Counted from the first letter of the stretch, positions 1 through 12,254 are shown. The stretch is 39,590 nucleotides of DNA from Octopus bimaculoides (GCF_001194135.2 NC_068981.1:140964643-141004232), one strand, 5' to 3'. The notes: generated from the letters alone by a model not told the origin. Program-made: numbers and translations.

Positions 1-41
<41 letters not shown>
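1..41. repeat. (AT)n microsatellite
   Basis: Direct reading. Confidence 0.95.
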
Positions 42-44
<3 letters not shown>

Positions 45-97
45 AAATAAGCAATAGGTTATCCAGAGGTGATGCAGTACAACCATTTCAAGCGGCT

Positions 98-1271
98 CCA
101 TTTAATTGAACAATGCAATCAATACATCAATTTAAATGCAGAGCTATCCTCAGCTGCCTAAGTAAATAGAGTTAATTTAAATAATCGGACACATTTGTAT
201 GATTTTACTTAAATCTTCTGAGAGGGTAATAAGACAGACACATTCCAAGCTACTACGACTTCATGAAAAAGTTTGTCATGCTTCTAGATTGTCACCTGAT
301 TTTTGGGGGCGCTTTTGATTTATACCCTACTGATAATATTTTTATAATAACCTTTTTGTAAGTAAATCTAATGTTTGAACCTCTAGAAATTTATATTAGT
401 TTATATATAACAGTACCGGAAACTCCACAACTTATAATATACCTCTTAGATTATAATTATTATATAGGTAGCATGTTCTATCTCCCAAGTATACCTTTAT
501 TAAACTGCGAGTAAATGCAAATCATCAATCTTCCTAGATACCACCTAATAAGTAAATATTTAAGTGTATGAAATTATATTAAACTAATTCTATGTAATTT
601 TTTTCTCTCTCTGTTGTAAATTTTGCAATGTACTCGAAATTATTCAAAAGTTCATCATTTTGTTTATATTGTTTTAATATTTTTTGATAACCTTAAATTT
701 TGACATTATACAATATAAGAATTTTGATTAAATCATTCAACTATAGTACCCCATGATAAAGAAACATTCCCCTGTATTATCGTCGTTGATTTTATTAGAG
801 TATTGCCCCTTTTACTGGTAATTAACATCTTGATCTAAGACATTCCTTTACCAAATCTCCTTATAACCAGTTACTATATACTACTTCAATATAATCTTGA
901 CAAGTTTTATGACTGTACAACCTATGATTCTGTCATCTCATTCATGCTCTTTCCTAACAGACATTGCTCTATTTTCTTAGATTTTTTATATACAAAGATT
1001 TGATAAACTAGGACTATAAATCAAAACCGACCCCCAAAATCAGTGACAAGCTAGAACCGTAACAGGTTTCTTTTTTCCTGATGTCTTAGTAGCTTCTAAG
1101 CTGAAGTGAAAGCAGCAGGTACTTTGTCTGTCTTTTTACACTCTTAGAGGATTTACGTAAAACTATAGAAATGTGTCCGACTGTTTAAATTAATTCTATT
1201 TATTTATTTATGCAGCTGAGGATATCTCTGCTTTTAAATTGATGTAATGATTGCAATGTTTAATTAAATGG
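98..1271. mobile_element. Foldback element: ~230-260 bp diverged inverted arms around a ~680 bp core
   Basis: 98-~330 (ccatttaattgaacaatgcaatcaatacatcaatttaaatgcagagctatcctcagctgc...aagctactacgacttcatgaaaaag...tgatttttggggg) aligns by eye to the reverse complement of ~1012-1271 (ccatttaattaaacattgcaatcattacatcaatttaaaagcagagatatcctcagctgc...aagctactaagacatcaggaaaaaag...tgattttggggg). Confidence 0.8.
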
Positions 1272-2019
1272 TGCTATTAACATCGCTGGATCCCCATCAC
1301 TCGCCTACAGAGGGAACTGAAGGTCATTTTCTCTCTCCAAATATATATTCCTTTCCGTCTGAGTTCCCTTCGGCTAGCTTTTTTCTATATACTCCAGCAC
1401 TATTCACCATTCCGTTGTCATTTTTGTCCATTTTTCTAAGCCGTTCGTATGGTTTCTTTTGACATTAACAGCGCTCCACAACTCGCCTCTCACCATACAC
1501 CATCCTTTCACACAGCGCACACCATCAGCACACTAACACTTTCCTGCATACACGCAGCCTTTAATACCAACTTCTCTCACAACTTGACTCCTCTCACAGA
1601 CATACACACAAAACCATGTCTCAATTCTACTACCAACTTCTTAACACTCCCACGGACACCAGCACACTCAGACATACCATGCACAATATCAGGTTGATGC
1701 ACGCATACCTACACACCTCTCCGTACAGTTTATACCGAAGCGTACATATACACGCATATTGCCATTCAGTAATCATGATATCAGTCTGATATACACGTAC
1801 ATCCTCCAGCACACTGTTTTCTACTTTCTCCAACACACATACTCACACTTGTTCATACGAGTACATTTTCTCACTTACATACTTTCCTCCCTTCCACCAC
1901 TTCGACTTTGCCTTACCACTCTGTTTTACACATTCTCTGCCATGAACAATTTAGCTACTTATCACAGATATAACAAATACATGTACACACTCCCGACCAC
2001 TCACACATACACACACACG

Positions 2020-2020
<1 letters not shown>

Positions 2021-2113
<93 letters not shown>
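2021..2113. repeat. (CA)n microsatellite, ~46 units
   Basis: Direct reading. It explains the THTH/VCVC ORFs. Confidence 0.97.
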
Positions 2114-2116
<3 letters not shown>

Positions 2117-3289
2117 TTCTTTCTTCTAATTCTACTCAACTTGCTAATTCCTTTCTTCTTGACTAAGAGAAACATTAAGACGCTATCCTCTTTTTATGCT
2201 AACATAATTAATAAAAGTTGTACCACTTTTCTTATTGTTTCGTTTAGTTTTTTCAATGCCTTATATGTATATATGTATGTGTGTATGTATGTATGTATTT
2301 ATGTATGTATGTATAAAGTAATATTTTTAAAAATGTTATAAATATAATCGGTTTTAAGTGTGCTAATTGTTTGTATAAGACTATTGTTTTTTAAAGCAAA
2401 TAGACTATTCATGAAATAAAATCAAAACCGTGACAATGTTATATGCGAAAGTATATAAAAGGTAAGGGTTTTACTTAGGTTTCATACTTTTTTATTTTGA
2501 TATCTTGTCAAGCATATTTTTCTTAACCATTGAGCAAATATGAATTTGCAATTCAGAATCTCTCACAGAGATCTTTGAAGGAGGTGGAATGTGGTAGGCA
2601 GAAAATATGCGACGCAGGAAGTTAAGCAAATACTGCTCAGCCGTAAGCTCAAGAATAAAATTCTTTAGAGCAACGGAAAAGAATTTTCGTTCAAAATGCG
2701 ACGCAACAGAGGCAAACACAAGAATAATTTCCTCGTGAATAGTTTGAACATATTTTAAAACATCATGCGGAGAAATATAAACACACGGGAGAAGGAATGT
2801 TTTCTCCAACTATGAGCCAATACAGAGAAGTATTACAACAACATTCTTGAGTTTTTTTCATTTTGCTATGTTTTCAGGTAATAACAACTATTCGTATTCA
2901 TTTCTTTCATTCCAACAGTAAATTATTATTGGCTGACTAAAGGAAATTTTTTTATTCAATTACATGCTGAGAAAAGGACATATGGTATACATTCCAGGCA
3001 AAGGAATTCGGCCGTACTCCTTATCTTTAATTATCTCTCTCTTCTATATAATCGCGCAGTCTCTACCCACTTTTCTGATCACCTGGTATGCAATGGTCCA
3101 CCATGAGGCCTCAAAACCAAGGGTTTTTATTTTTTCCCACTTTATCCCGATCATTCACAGCCCGTATTATATAATGTGAATAACTGTATCGTTCCAATAG
3201 ACCAAGAAACCTGTTTTGTTCAAGACTTTCATGACTACTGTAGCACTATTCTCATATCTATTGTATTATTACTCTGTTGAAGAAGTTTA

Positions 3290-3445
3290 TCGCACTTCAG
3301 TCCCCTTGTTGACGTTACTAGTGCTGATGCAATGAAAATGCATCCTCTGCACTTTGTAAAAGGGTTGGTGTTAAGAAAGCATCTGGTAGTAGAAACCAAG
3401 CAGATATTGGATTATGATACAGTCTTCGTTCTCGTTGGATCCTAT
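3290..3445 (+). mobile_element. Degenerate SINE-like fragment
   Basis: gggttggtgttaagaaagcatctggtagtagaaacc resembles a cephalopod SINE body I recall (ggttggcgttaggaagggcatccagctgtagaaac); A-rich end. Confidence 0.4.
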
Positions 3446-3639
3446 CAAAACAAAAAGAAAAAAAAAAGGAAAGATTAAGTCGGAGGGCGCAACAGCGGGT
3501 GAATATGGACGGTAGGTAAGTGGGGGGTCATGTCATTTTCAGTCTAAAACTGTTTCAAAGTTGAGGCGTTGTGCACTGGCGCATTTTTGTTAGCAAAGGA
3601 GGGTAGCAAACGAGGGGAGAATGCGCGTGCCCATCGCAA

Positions 3640-4905
3640 TCCCTAGAGAATTACTCCAATGAATTCCCACACCGCATCAACAAAGTATTCGTAATAGAAG
3701 GATTAAATTGCATCTTGAACAATAACTTCTTCATATTTAATGATAACTTTTATCGCCAAATCTAGGACTGCGATGGGTATGCAAATAGCCCCCTCCTAGT
3801 CATGGGGTACCTAGAAATCAATCTTTATCATGTTAATACAAAAATACGGAAACCCATTCTCCGTCTACATAGGAAATAAGTGGAAAAGATATCTCGATGA
3901 CTGTTTCATTCTTTGGCACGAAAGTATAGAGAGACTAAGAATTTCAAGCACTTCTGAATGGACTTGACATAAACATTCAATTTACGATGGAATTTTACCA
4001 CCAACAACTTCTATTCATCGATATCCTCATTAAGAAATCCAACAACAAAATAGAAACTACAAGCCCACGGACTCCAAGTAATATATACCATTTAACTCTT
4101 GCCACCCCACGCACACTAGAATGAATATCCCTTACAACCTGGCAAAAAGGATGTGTGCTATAATATCCGATACAATCATAAGGGACACACAACTACATGA
4201 GCTAAAGGATACACTCATTAACAGGAACTACCCACCATCACTAATTGATATAGGTTTTCAACGTGCCCTACAACTCAACATCCACGAATAAAGGAAGATT
4301 TATAACCAAACGCTCAAACATACATATCCACGCACAGCCCCCTAAGCAATGAGACCTTCGACACCATTCTCCAGAACATCCCTCTATTAAAAAGGGACAC
4401 ATAAAATGGATCAAATCCTCCAAACGCACACCATCATAAAGAACAATAAACAGCCTAAGTCAATGAAAAGTATTCTAACACAGGCTCAAGTACACTCGTC
4501 AACAACACCGAAACCGACAGTAAAAAAAAATGCAGAACACCTAACTGTGGTGTATGACTCAGCCTAATTGACTGACCGTGGTTCTCCTTCAAACAGAGTC
4601 AACGTTTTACAGTGAAAAACAACTTCCCATGTGCTTCGGAAAACCTAATATATGTATTGACCTGCTCAGTGTGTCGTGAACAATATATTGGTCAAACTAA
4701 AAACTGTCTACACCGCAGGATGACGGTACATAGATCTCAGATTGCAATACGAGAATACAGAAAAATAGCATTAAGCGAACACAACGACATTTGTGCCACT
4801 AACGAACAACTCAAGTTTAGAATTTTTCCTCTCTATAAATTCAGGGACAGTGTAACCTATAATCAGCGCATTAGCAAACAAGCATATTTTATCGCAAATG
4901 TATAA
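3640..4905 (+). mobile_element. Penelope-like element remnant (RT + GIY-YIG endonuclease), 5'-truncated and frameshifted
   Basis: Stitched translation: ILNNNFFIFNDNFYRQI / GTAMGMQIAPS / KWKRYLDDCFILW (RT catalytic motif, ~3880-3915) / IPYNLAKRMCAIISDTIIRDTQLHELKDTLINRNYPPSLID; then ORF 4612-4905 CASENLIYVLTCSVCREQYIGQTKNCLHRRMTVHR (GIY-YIG with CxxC). RT followed by GIY-YIG is diagnostic of PLEs. Confidence 0.93.
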
Positions 4906-5103
4906 ACCTATTTTGAATACCGCCTCCCCAACAGATGAACCTACTACACGAATTTAGAACAATTCCAACCACTACTAGAAAACATTTCACGTAATTTGTT
5001 TTCCCAATTGAATCATTTTACTCATTTCACTCTTAGTTGAAAAAGTCTAAAAGACCGGACCTTTACAGAGAGGAAGCGCTCAGCCAGTTTCACAATCCCC
5101 TCT

Positions 5104-5152
<49 letters not shown>

Positions 5153-7137
5153 GCATACGCACATATTCAGTGAAAGTGAGACGAAGAAAATCTGATGAAA
5201 GTATTTTTCCATTTCAATCTATGGCGGTTACTATTCTCCATTATTTAGAATTGATAATCATGTAGATTGAGGCAGTGGACAGAGGACTAACTATAACAAT
5301 GTGCGTGGGTTCAGCCATAAAACATCAGAAACTTAAATACTCAAACATTCTTTAGGTAATGTAATGAAACAAGCATGTTATAATGTAATTTTCTTTCTGC
5401 ATTGTAAATACAAATATTTTCGAAAATAGAAATATTTTCATTCATTACGTAATATTAATTAGGATTGCAAATGAATACTTTCTAAATAAACAGCTAATTC
5501 CTGAACGATACAAAGTATAAACATGTGCACATGAAATTGAAAATTATAAGTAAATAAATAGAGGATGTAATGATGATATTGATGTTATATATATTTCAAT
5601 GACTTTCCTCTTGCGAACAAAAACAAGTCGTCATACAGTGAACCAGATATATTTTAAATATAACTTATTCTCTTCGTTCATTAGTCAAACGAGTACATCG
5701 CAAATATTTATATTATTGATGATATCCATGTTATCTCATTATGTCCGTCTTCAGATATATATGAGATAATTGAACTACAACGTTATATTTTCAGAATTTA
5801 TACGCGATATCAGCTTCGTCACAAAACGTTACTGCTAGTGCAATTCTTTTCGGAAATGAATTGAGAACCATGTAAACGAAATCTCATTGTTTTGAGTGAA
5901 AATTATCGATGAGAATGATTGTCAGTTCAATTAAATTCGTGATTTGAACTATGATCAGTTGGTATAATTATGATTATTACTCGCTCATATGATTTAATTT
6001 CATGCTGCTTATCATTTGAAATAAAATCGTACGATTGTATGAGGTATTTTGTTTATCCATAGTCTTATTATTTACAGGCTTTTGTCTCTAGTTATCCACA
6101 TATAACCCGATTTTCTGATTTTTTCTTTAGCTATTAACTTATTTCAAATGATAGTGTTCTTTCGAATGAAACACATCGACTATATCTCGTCAATGTTTCC
6201 CATGCTGCAGGACATATTGATATAAGTATAAAAGAAGTTACAATTAAGAAAATAGTAGTAAAGAAATGTTTATTAGACGCAGAAACACATGCGAGTGCGC
6301 AAGCATACGAACAAACACACACATTTAGATTTGCAATAAAATAACACAGAATGACATGATGTACAGTCCTTTGTTCTGTATTCATGCAATAATATAAAAA
6401 AAGAATGCATGCGTAAAACGGATGTAGAGCTATTCATATTATGTATTCAAATGCGACTTCATTAGAATTACCCCGCATAATAAAACATAATATTCAATAG
6501 TATCTATAAATAATATTGATAAATGTTTAAGAAAAATGTCATTTAAAATAAATTAAGAAAGTAACACAGAGAAAGGAATGTTATACAATATTAAACTCGA
6601 AAAATTATTATCATGGTCCTTTTATCCAATTGTATGAACACAGAGATTCTAATTAGCGAGACCTACTCTGTTTCGAAGGTGAGAGGAAGATATTTTTTCT
6701 GGCGATTTTAATTTCTATACACTTCCTATATAAAATAATAATTACTTTGAAATTTCATAATACTTTTTATTTATTTCATTTTCACATTTATTTTATTCAT
6801 TTTATTTTCACCATTCTCTGGTATTTATTTTTCCTGACCAGAGATATTAACGTTGCAATCATTCAAATAATCCAAATATTTTTCAAAAAGATTTGTTTCT
6901 GTTTCATTTTGTCTCCTCTGAAATTTAAAAAAATTCTATCTCATTGTTGCCGTCTTCCTCGACATTTCCTGTTCTAAATGCTTATTTTTTTTCTTTTAGC
7001 CAATATGTGAAAATTGCTATTGGTAGAAATTTAAGTCGAATTTCTATTCTACCTCTTTTCTATTCAATGAACTTTTCGTCTAGTTTATTATCTTCCTCTG
7101 TCTTACTATGGCTATATTTATTATACCATCTCTATTC

Positions 7138-7139
<2 letters not shown>

Positions 7140-7196
<57 letters not shown>
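7140..7196. repeat. (AT)n microsatellite (another at 5104-5150)
   Basis: Direct reading. Confidence 0.95.
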
Positions 7197-7197
<1 letters not shown>

Positions 7198-7366
7198 CTA
7201 CGAAGCAAAAGGCAAAACGCACATTATGTGTGTATATATAAATATATGAATATATACACTAAAAAGTATGTACATACATGTCAGTGTAATTAATGCATTT
7301 TCTCCTTTTCTATAATATGCATTAAATGTCACGTTTTCAATGTATATATATTTATATACATACATA

Positions 7367-7566
7367 TGCTGGATATGTAATTTAACGAAGCAGGGTGAAA
7401 AAGGCATTCACACGTGGCATTAGGATTACAGTTACACGAGGTCAAACGCTCTCTGCTTACGGCTGACAATAAATTGCTTACCTCTAATTGTTGACAATTC
7501 TTTATTTTATAGCAATGGTTCAGTCCAATGTTAGTCACATAGGGTGGTCGGAAGCCTTCCACAACA
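7367..7566 (-). repeat. 3' LTR of the Gypsy element
   Basis: Begins TGTTGTGGAAGG directly after the polypurine tract and ends ...CCAGCA. Aligns to 9963-10149 (gcagagagc.ttt..ctcgtgtaac.gtaat; ccctg.ttcgtt.aatta). Confidence 0.82.
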
Positions 7567-7578
7567 TCTCCTCTTTTT
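7567..7578 (-). promoter_or_regulatory. Polypurine tract
   Basis: Minus strand AAAAAGAGGAGA immediately precedes the LTR TG. Confidence 0.8.
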
Positions 7579-8551
7579 AGAATTAGTCTCCCATTATTCT
7601 CCGCTTTTGATAATTAAACTCCGCTCAAAGTTTTAGTAACTCATACTTTCATGGGAATTCCGTTCCTCGTGGCTGTTTTATCTGTGAATCTCTTATAAGG
7701 TGGTTCATATGACGTTTATGTTCGACATTTTCCACTTTTACCAGGAATAACATTCTTCCAATTTTCTTAATAATTACACCGTCCTCTCAGCTTTCTTTAC
7801 CATATTTATAGGTTTAAAAAGAAAAACCTTGTCAACTAACTTGAAAAATTTTGAAGTATATTTATTGTTCACTTTTTTTTTCTATTTTCATTCGGTATCA
7901 GCATAACAAAGACTGTTCTAGATAATACAGTTCTATATTTAAGATATTACATAATTCCTCAAAGACGGATCTGGCCTTTCTACCAAACATCAATTCTGCG
8001 GATGATATTCCAGAAGGGGTATTCAGATTAGATGTTACGCGGTACACTCTTATGGATTGTTGAAGTGCAAGGTCGTCCATTACTTCATTGTTCACCTTTA
8101 CTAACAATCTCTTAAAACTGTCAACAAAATGCCCCGCATGTCTATTTGATGTAGGATGCTACGACGGAGTGGTGACATTTTTGATAACGAATTTTACAAA
8201 ATTTCTGAACTCGTTTGAAATAAACTAAGTTCTCTTATCAGACTCAATGGTATCAAGAATACCGTATCTGGCGAACAATTCGTGTAAAAACTTACTGTAA
8301 CCGTAGGTGTCGACTTTTTTACACTTATGCACTTCAGGCCACTTTGAAAAACTGTCTACAACATCAAGGTGATACGAATCGTTAAGTGGACCTGCGTAAT
8401 CAACATGCAGTGTGGACCATGGAATATCTGTTTTTGGCCACGAATCCAATCTAATGGTATGTGCATTTACAAGCAGAGAACAACCTTGGAATGATTTCAC
8501 TAGTTCTACAATTTCACGGCTCATTGTTAGCCAATAAACATAACTTATAAG

Positions 8552-8766
8552 ACGGCGAGCTGGCGGAAACGTTAGTACGCCGGGCGAAGTGCTTAGCGGT
8601 ATTTCGTCTGTCTTTATGTTCTCAGTTCAGACTCCACCGAGGTCGACTTTGCCCTTCATCCTTTCGGGGTTGATAAATTAAGTACCAGTTGCATACTGGA
8701 GTCGATATAATCGACTTTCCCCTTCCTAAAAATTTCGGGCCTTGTGCTTAGAGTAGAAAAGAATAT
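8552..8766 (+). mobile_element. tRNA-derived SINE nested in the Gypsy integrase N-terminus, with 13-bp TSD
   Basis: Head ggcgagctggcggaaacgttag...gttcagactcc (B-box-like); body gtcgactttgcccttcatcctttcggggttgataaattaagtaccagt. TSD acataacttataa (8538-8550) / acataacttctaa (8767-8779). Removing it restores KIRSYVYWL. Confidence 0.88.
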
Positions 8767-9939
8767 ACATAACTTCTAATTTTCGATTTCATTCTCGAAA
8801 TCGCCTATATTTTGGTGCACAGACCTGGAGACTAAGAGAGATGAAGATATGTGCAGCAGAAATACGAACCCGTTCTGAAAGTTTGACAATATGTTGAAGT
8901 ACGCACAAAGAATCGTAGTGCCAGCCACAATAGAGAAGCGATTAATTAATTCATCAGAGGGAACTTCAGGAAAAATCTTTCTTCATTTTTTTTTTTGGAA
9001 TTCATCTGATAACTTATTTCAACTACAAAAAAAAAATAACATTCACACTTTTACAGAGAAGATTTATGGGGAGGTCCCATAAGTTAAATAATAACTCCAT
9101 ACAGTCTCTTCCGAATACATTTGTCGTATTCAACACAAAAACCTAGGCTTTTTAGGTTTTTCCACGAAATGTAACACCACTTAACGTTTTGACATGAAAA
9201 TGCTTTTTTTTTTATTTTCCCTGAAACACCACCTGCAAATTTTAAAATTTCTTTTAATCTAGGTCTCTCGTTTTTTTTTTCCGTCCATCTGTGTTAATTA
9301 TCGAAATATCACTGCTTTTATGTAATTGTAACTTTACGTTTGTGTTATTGATTTTTCCATACACAAGTTTCCTTTGAGCCTCGTTCGTATTTCTAGTCAC
9401 CGATAATATGCTTGCGTGATTTTTACCGTTGAACCATTTTTTAGCTTTTGTTTTAGACTGTGATTGTTTCTGTCCTATCGTTTCACACTTGGATTCGGTG
9501 TTCATATTTTTCATATCCGTTACCGGTCGTTCTTTTTTTTTATAAGTCTATCTGCCTCATGTCTGAGATTTATAATTCTCTCGCATTCGTCTGCTGTTGC
9601 CTGTAGAATTAAAGTTTGGTCTTCTTGTAATTTTGTTAATATCCGGGAACATTAACTCTGCATCTTTTCTTGCAGTAGGCCCGTGAACAAAAATTAGACA
9701 TTTGAACATGTCTGGGGTTAATTAATTTAATTTGAATTGTTCACACTCTCTATTAACAAGGCATACATAGGTGATGAAATCTTCATCATATTTTGTGACC
9801 AAATTTAAACATTGCCAGCGAGTGTTGAACAGGGAACTTCTTTCACTAGAAACTTTTCATAAAATATTGTTTCATAAAAACAAATCTCACCTGGTTTCTT
9901 CGGGAGAATATACTTACGTCAAACAGAAGCTTCGAACAA

Positions 9940-9949
9940 TTCATCGCCA
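9940..9949 (-). promoter_or_regulatory. Primer-binding site, degenerate tRNA-Ser type
   Basis: Minus strand TGGCGATGAA versus canonical TGGCGACGAG (complement of the tRNA-Ser(GCU) 3' end). It lies ~13 nt inside the inferred LTR end. Confidence 0.6.
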
Positions 9950-9962
9950 CTTTTATTTCCGC

Positions 9963-10149
9963 TGTTGGGTATATAATTCAACGAATCAGGGGGAAAGAAC
10001 AAATTCATATGACGAACTACAATTACTGTTACACGAGCTTAAATGCTCTCTGCCAACGGCTAACCGTGAACTGCTTTAGTTCTTTATTTTAAAGTAAAGG
10101 GTTAGTCCACTTTTAATCCCATGGGGTTGGTTAGAATCCTTCCACAACT
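9963..10149 (-). repeat. 5' LTR of the Gypsy element
   Basis: Minus strand AGTTGTGGAAGG...CCCAACA, homologous to 7367-7566; abuts (TA)n. Confidence 0.82.
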
Positions 10150-10175
10150 ATATATATATATATATATATATATAT

Positions 10176-11118
10176 NNNNNNNNNNNNNNNNNNNNNNNNN
10201 NNNNNNNNNNNNNNNNNNNNNNNNNNNNNNNNNNNNNNNNNNNNNNNNNNNNNNNNNNNNNNNNNNNNNNNNNNNNNNNNNNNNNNNNNNNNNNNNNNNN
10301 NNNNNNNNNNNNNNNNNNNNNNNNNNNNNNNNNNNNNNNNNNNNNNNNNNNNNNNNNNNNNNNNNNNNNNNNNNNNNNNNNNNNNNNNNNNNNNNNNNNN
10401 NNNNNNNNNNNNNNNNNNNNNNNNNNNNNNNNNNNNNNNNNNNNNNNNNNNNNNNNNNNNNNNNNNNNNNNNNNNNNNNNNNNNNNNNNNNNNNNNNNNN
10501 NNNNNNNNNNNNNNNNNNNNNNNNNNNNNNNNNNNNNNNNNNNNNNNNNNNNNNNNNNNNNNNNNNNNNNNNNNNNNNNNNNNNNNNNNNNNNNNNNNNN
10601 NNNNNNNNNNNNNNNNNNNNNNNNNNNNNNNNNNNNNNNNNNNNNNNNNNNNNNNNNNNNNNNNNNNNNNNNNNNNNNNNNNNNNNNNNNNNNNNNNNNN
10701 NNNNNNNNNNNNNNNNNNNNNNNNNNNNNNNNNNNNNNNNNNNNNNNNNNNNNNNNNNNNNNNNNNNNNNNNNNNNNNNNNNNNNNNNNNNNNNNNNNNN
10801 NNNNNNNNNNNNNNNNNNNNNNNNNNNNNNNNNNNNNNNNNNNNNNNNNNNNNNNNNNNNNNNNNNNNNNNNNNNNNNNNNNNNNNNNNNNNNNNNNNNN
10901 NNNNNNNNNNNNNNNNNNNNNNNNNNNNNNNNNNNNNNNNNNNNNNNNNNNNNNNNNNNNNNNNNNNNNNNNNNNNNNNNNNNNNNNNNNNNNNNNNNNN
11001 NNNNNNNNNNNNNNNNNNNNNNNNNNNNNNNNNNNNNNNNNNNNNNNNNNNNNNNNNNNNNNNNNNNNNNNNNNNNNNNNNNNNNNNNNNNNNNNNNNNN
11101 NNNNNNNNNNNNNNNNNN
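10176..11118. other. Assembly gap. Others: 11962-12250, 20360-20664, 23441-23669, 24096-24597, 26451-26632, 31478-31487, 33958-34225, 35258-35735, 36339-36465
   Basis: N runs, mostly flanked by (AT)n. All X-containing ORFs are artefacts of these. Confidence 0.99.
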
Positions 11119-11146
11119 TCCGTGTGTGTATGTGTGCGTGCGCGCG

Positions 11147-11808
11147 TTAAATAAAATGAGACAACAAAACAAAGGCTGTGTGGAAATTTCAGGATATTTA
11201 CAAAGAGAAAGTTAGCCTTACATTTGTTTCTCGTATATTAGGGATATCCCTTCACCAGAGATGATGTGGAATGACTAAATAAAGGGAAATAGTAGAGATT
11301 AATATAAGGAGCAATTTGGGAAAAGGATGGAAATAAGAAGTATAAAGGGAAATAAGAGAATAATAGTAAAAATAAAAAATATATATGTATCATGTTATAG
11401 TTGCAGTTCCATTATCCAAGGAAAGCGGTACAATGACGCCTTATCCATGGTATGTAAATTTCGATGGGAGTTCATATTTTCTCATGACAAATGGAAAGTA
11501 TGGAGACATACCTTAAAAAAGAATCACTTCTACACACCACTTTGCTTAGATAACAGAAATGCAGCTATAACATCCTAAATATATTTTTATTCTTATAATT
11601 ATTCTCTGATTTCCATTTATACTTCCTATTTCCATCCTTTCCACAATAACTCCTTATATTGAACTCTACTGTTTGCCTTTAATCAGCCATCTCACATCGT
11701 CTATGATTAAGTGGCATCTCTAATATCCCAGAAACAGCTGTAACTCTCTCTTTATAAATGTCCTGAAAATTCCACACAGCCCTTGCGCTGTCGTCCCATT
11801 TTATTTAA
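11147..11808. mobile_element. Foldback/MITE-like element, ~280-bp diverged inverted arms
   Basis: ttaaataaaatgagacaacaaaacaaaggctgtgtggaaatttcaggatattta... matches the reverse complement of ...taaatgtcctgaaaattccacacagcccttgcgctgtcgtcccattttatttaa. Similarity continues inward to ~11428/11536. Confidence 0.85.
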
Positions 11809-12254
11809 AATATACATTCTCATACAGTACCTGCATTAGATTCCTCACTCGTATTATTATCGAACCGAGAGTTTAACTACGGTCCTGCCATAGCACTTAC
11901 ATAGCATTACCTACGACCTTGGGCCTTCTGGATACCGATACTTTTAATATATATATATATANNNNNNNNNNNNNNNNNNNNNNNNNNNNNNNNNNNNNNN
12001 NNNNNNNNNNNNNNNNNNNNNNNNNNNNNNNNNNNNNNNNNNNNNNNNNNNNNNNNNNNNNNNNNNNNNNNNNNNNNNNNNNNNNNNNNNNNNNNNNNNN
12101 NNNNNNNNNNNNNNNNNNNNNNNNNNNNNNNNNNNNNNNNNNNNNNNNNNNNNNNNNNNNNNNNNNNNNNNNNNNNNNNNNNNNNNNNNNNNNNNNNNNN
12201 NNNNNNNNNNNNNNNNNNNNNNNNNNNNNNNNNNNNNNNNNNNNNNNNNNATAT

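Larger units (their letters stand above)
7367..10149 (-). mobile_element. Ty3/Gypsy LTR retrotransposon, internally deleted (RT/RNase H absent), both LTRs retained; Mag-lineage-like
   Basis: Minus strand: gag LTPDMFKCLIFVHG and KLQEDQTLILQATADECERIINLRHE (9550-9750); protease KINNTNVKLQLHKSSDISIIN and CMELFNLWDLPIN (9060-9370); integrase SRMKSKIRSYVYW, WSTLHVDYAGPLNDSYHLDVVDSFSKWPEV, FLHELFARYG, RVYRVTSNLNTPSGISSAELMFGRK. Matching LTRs, PBS and PPT are listed separately. Confidence 0.93.

Noticed and set aside
5683-6385. Protein-like frames (NLYAISASSQNVTASAILFG; ISNDSVLSNETHRLYLVNVS; minus FLIVTSFILISICPAAW)
   Set aside because: Conflicting strands, in-frame stops, no consistent splice phases, no recognisable family.
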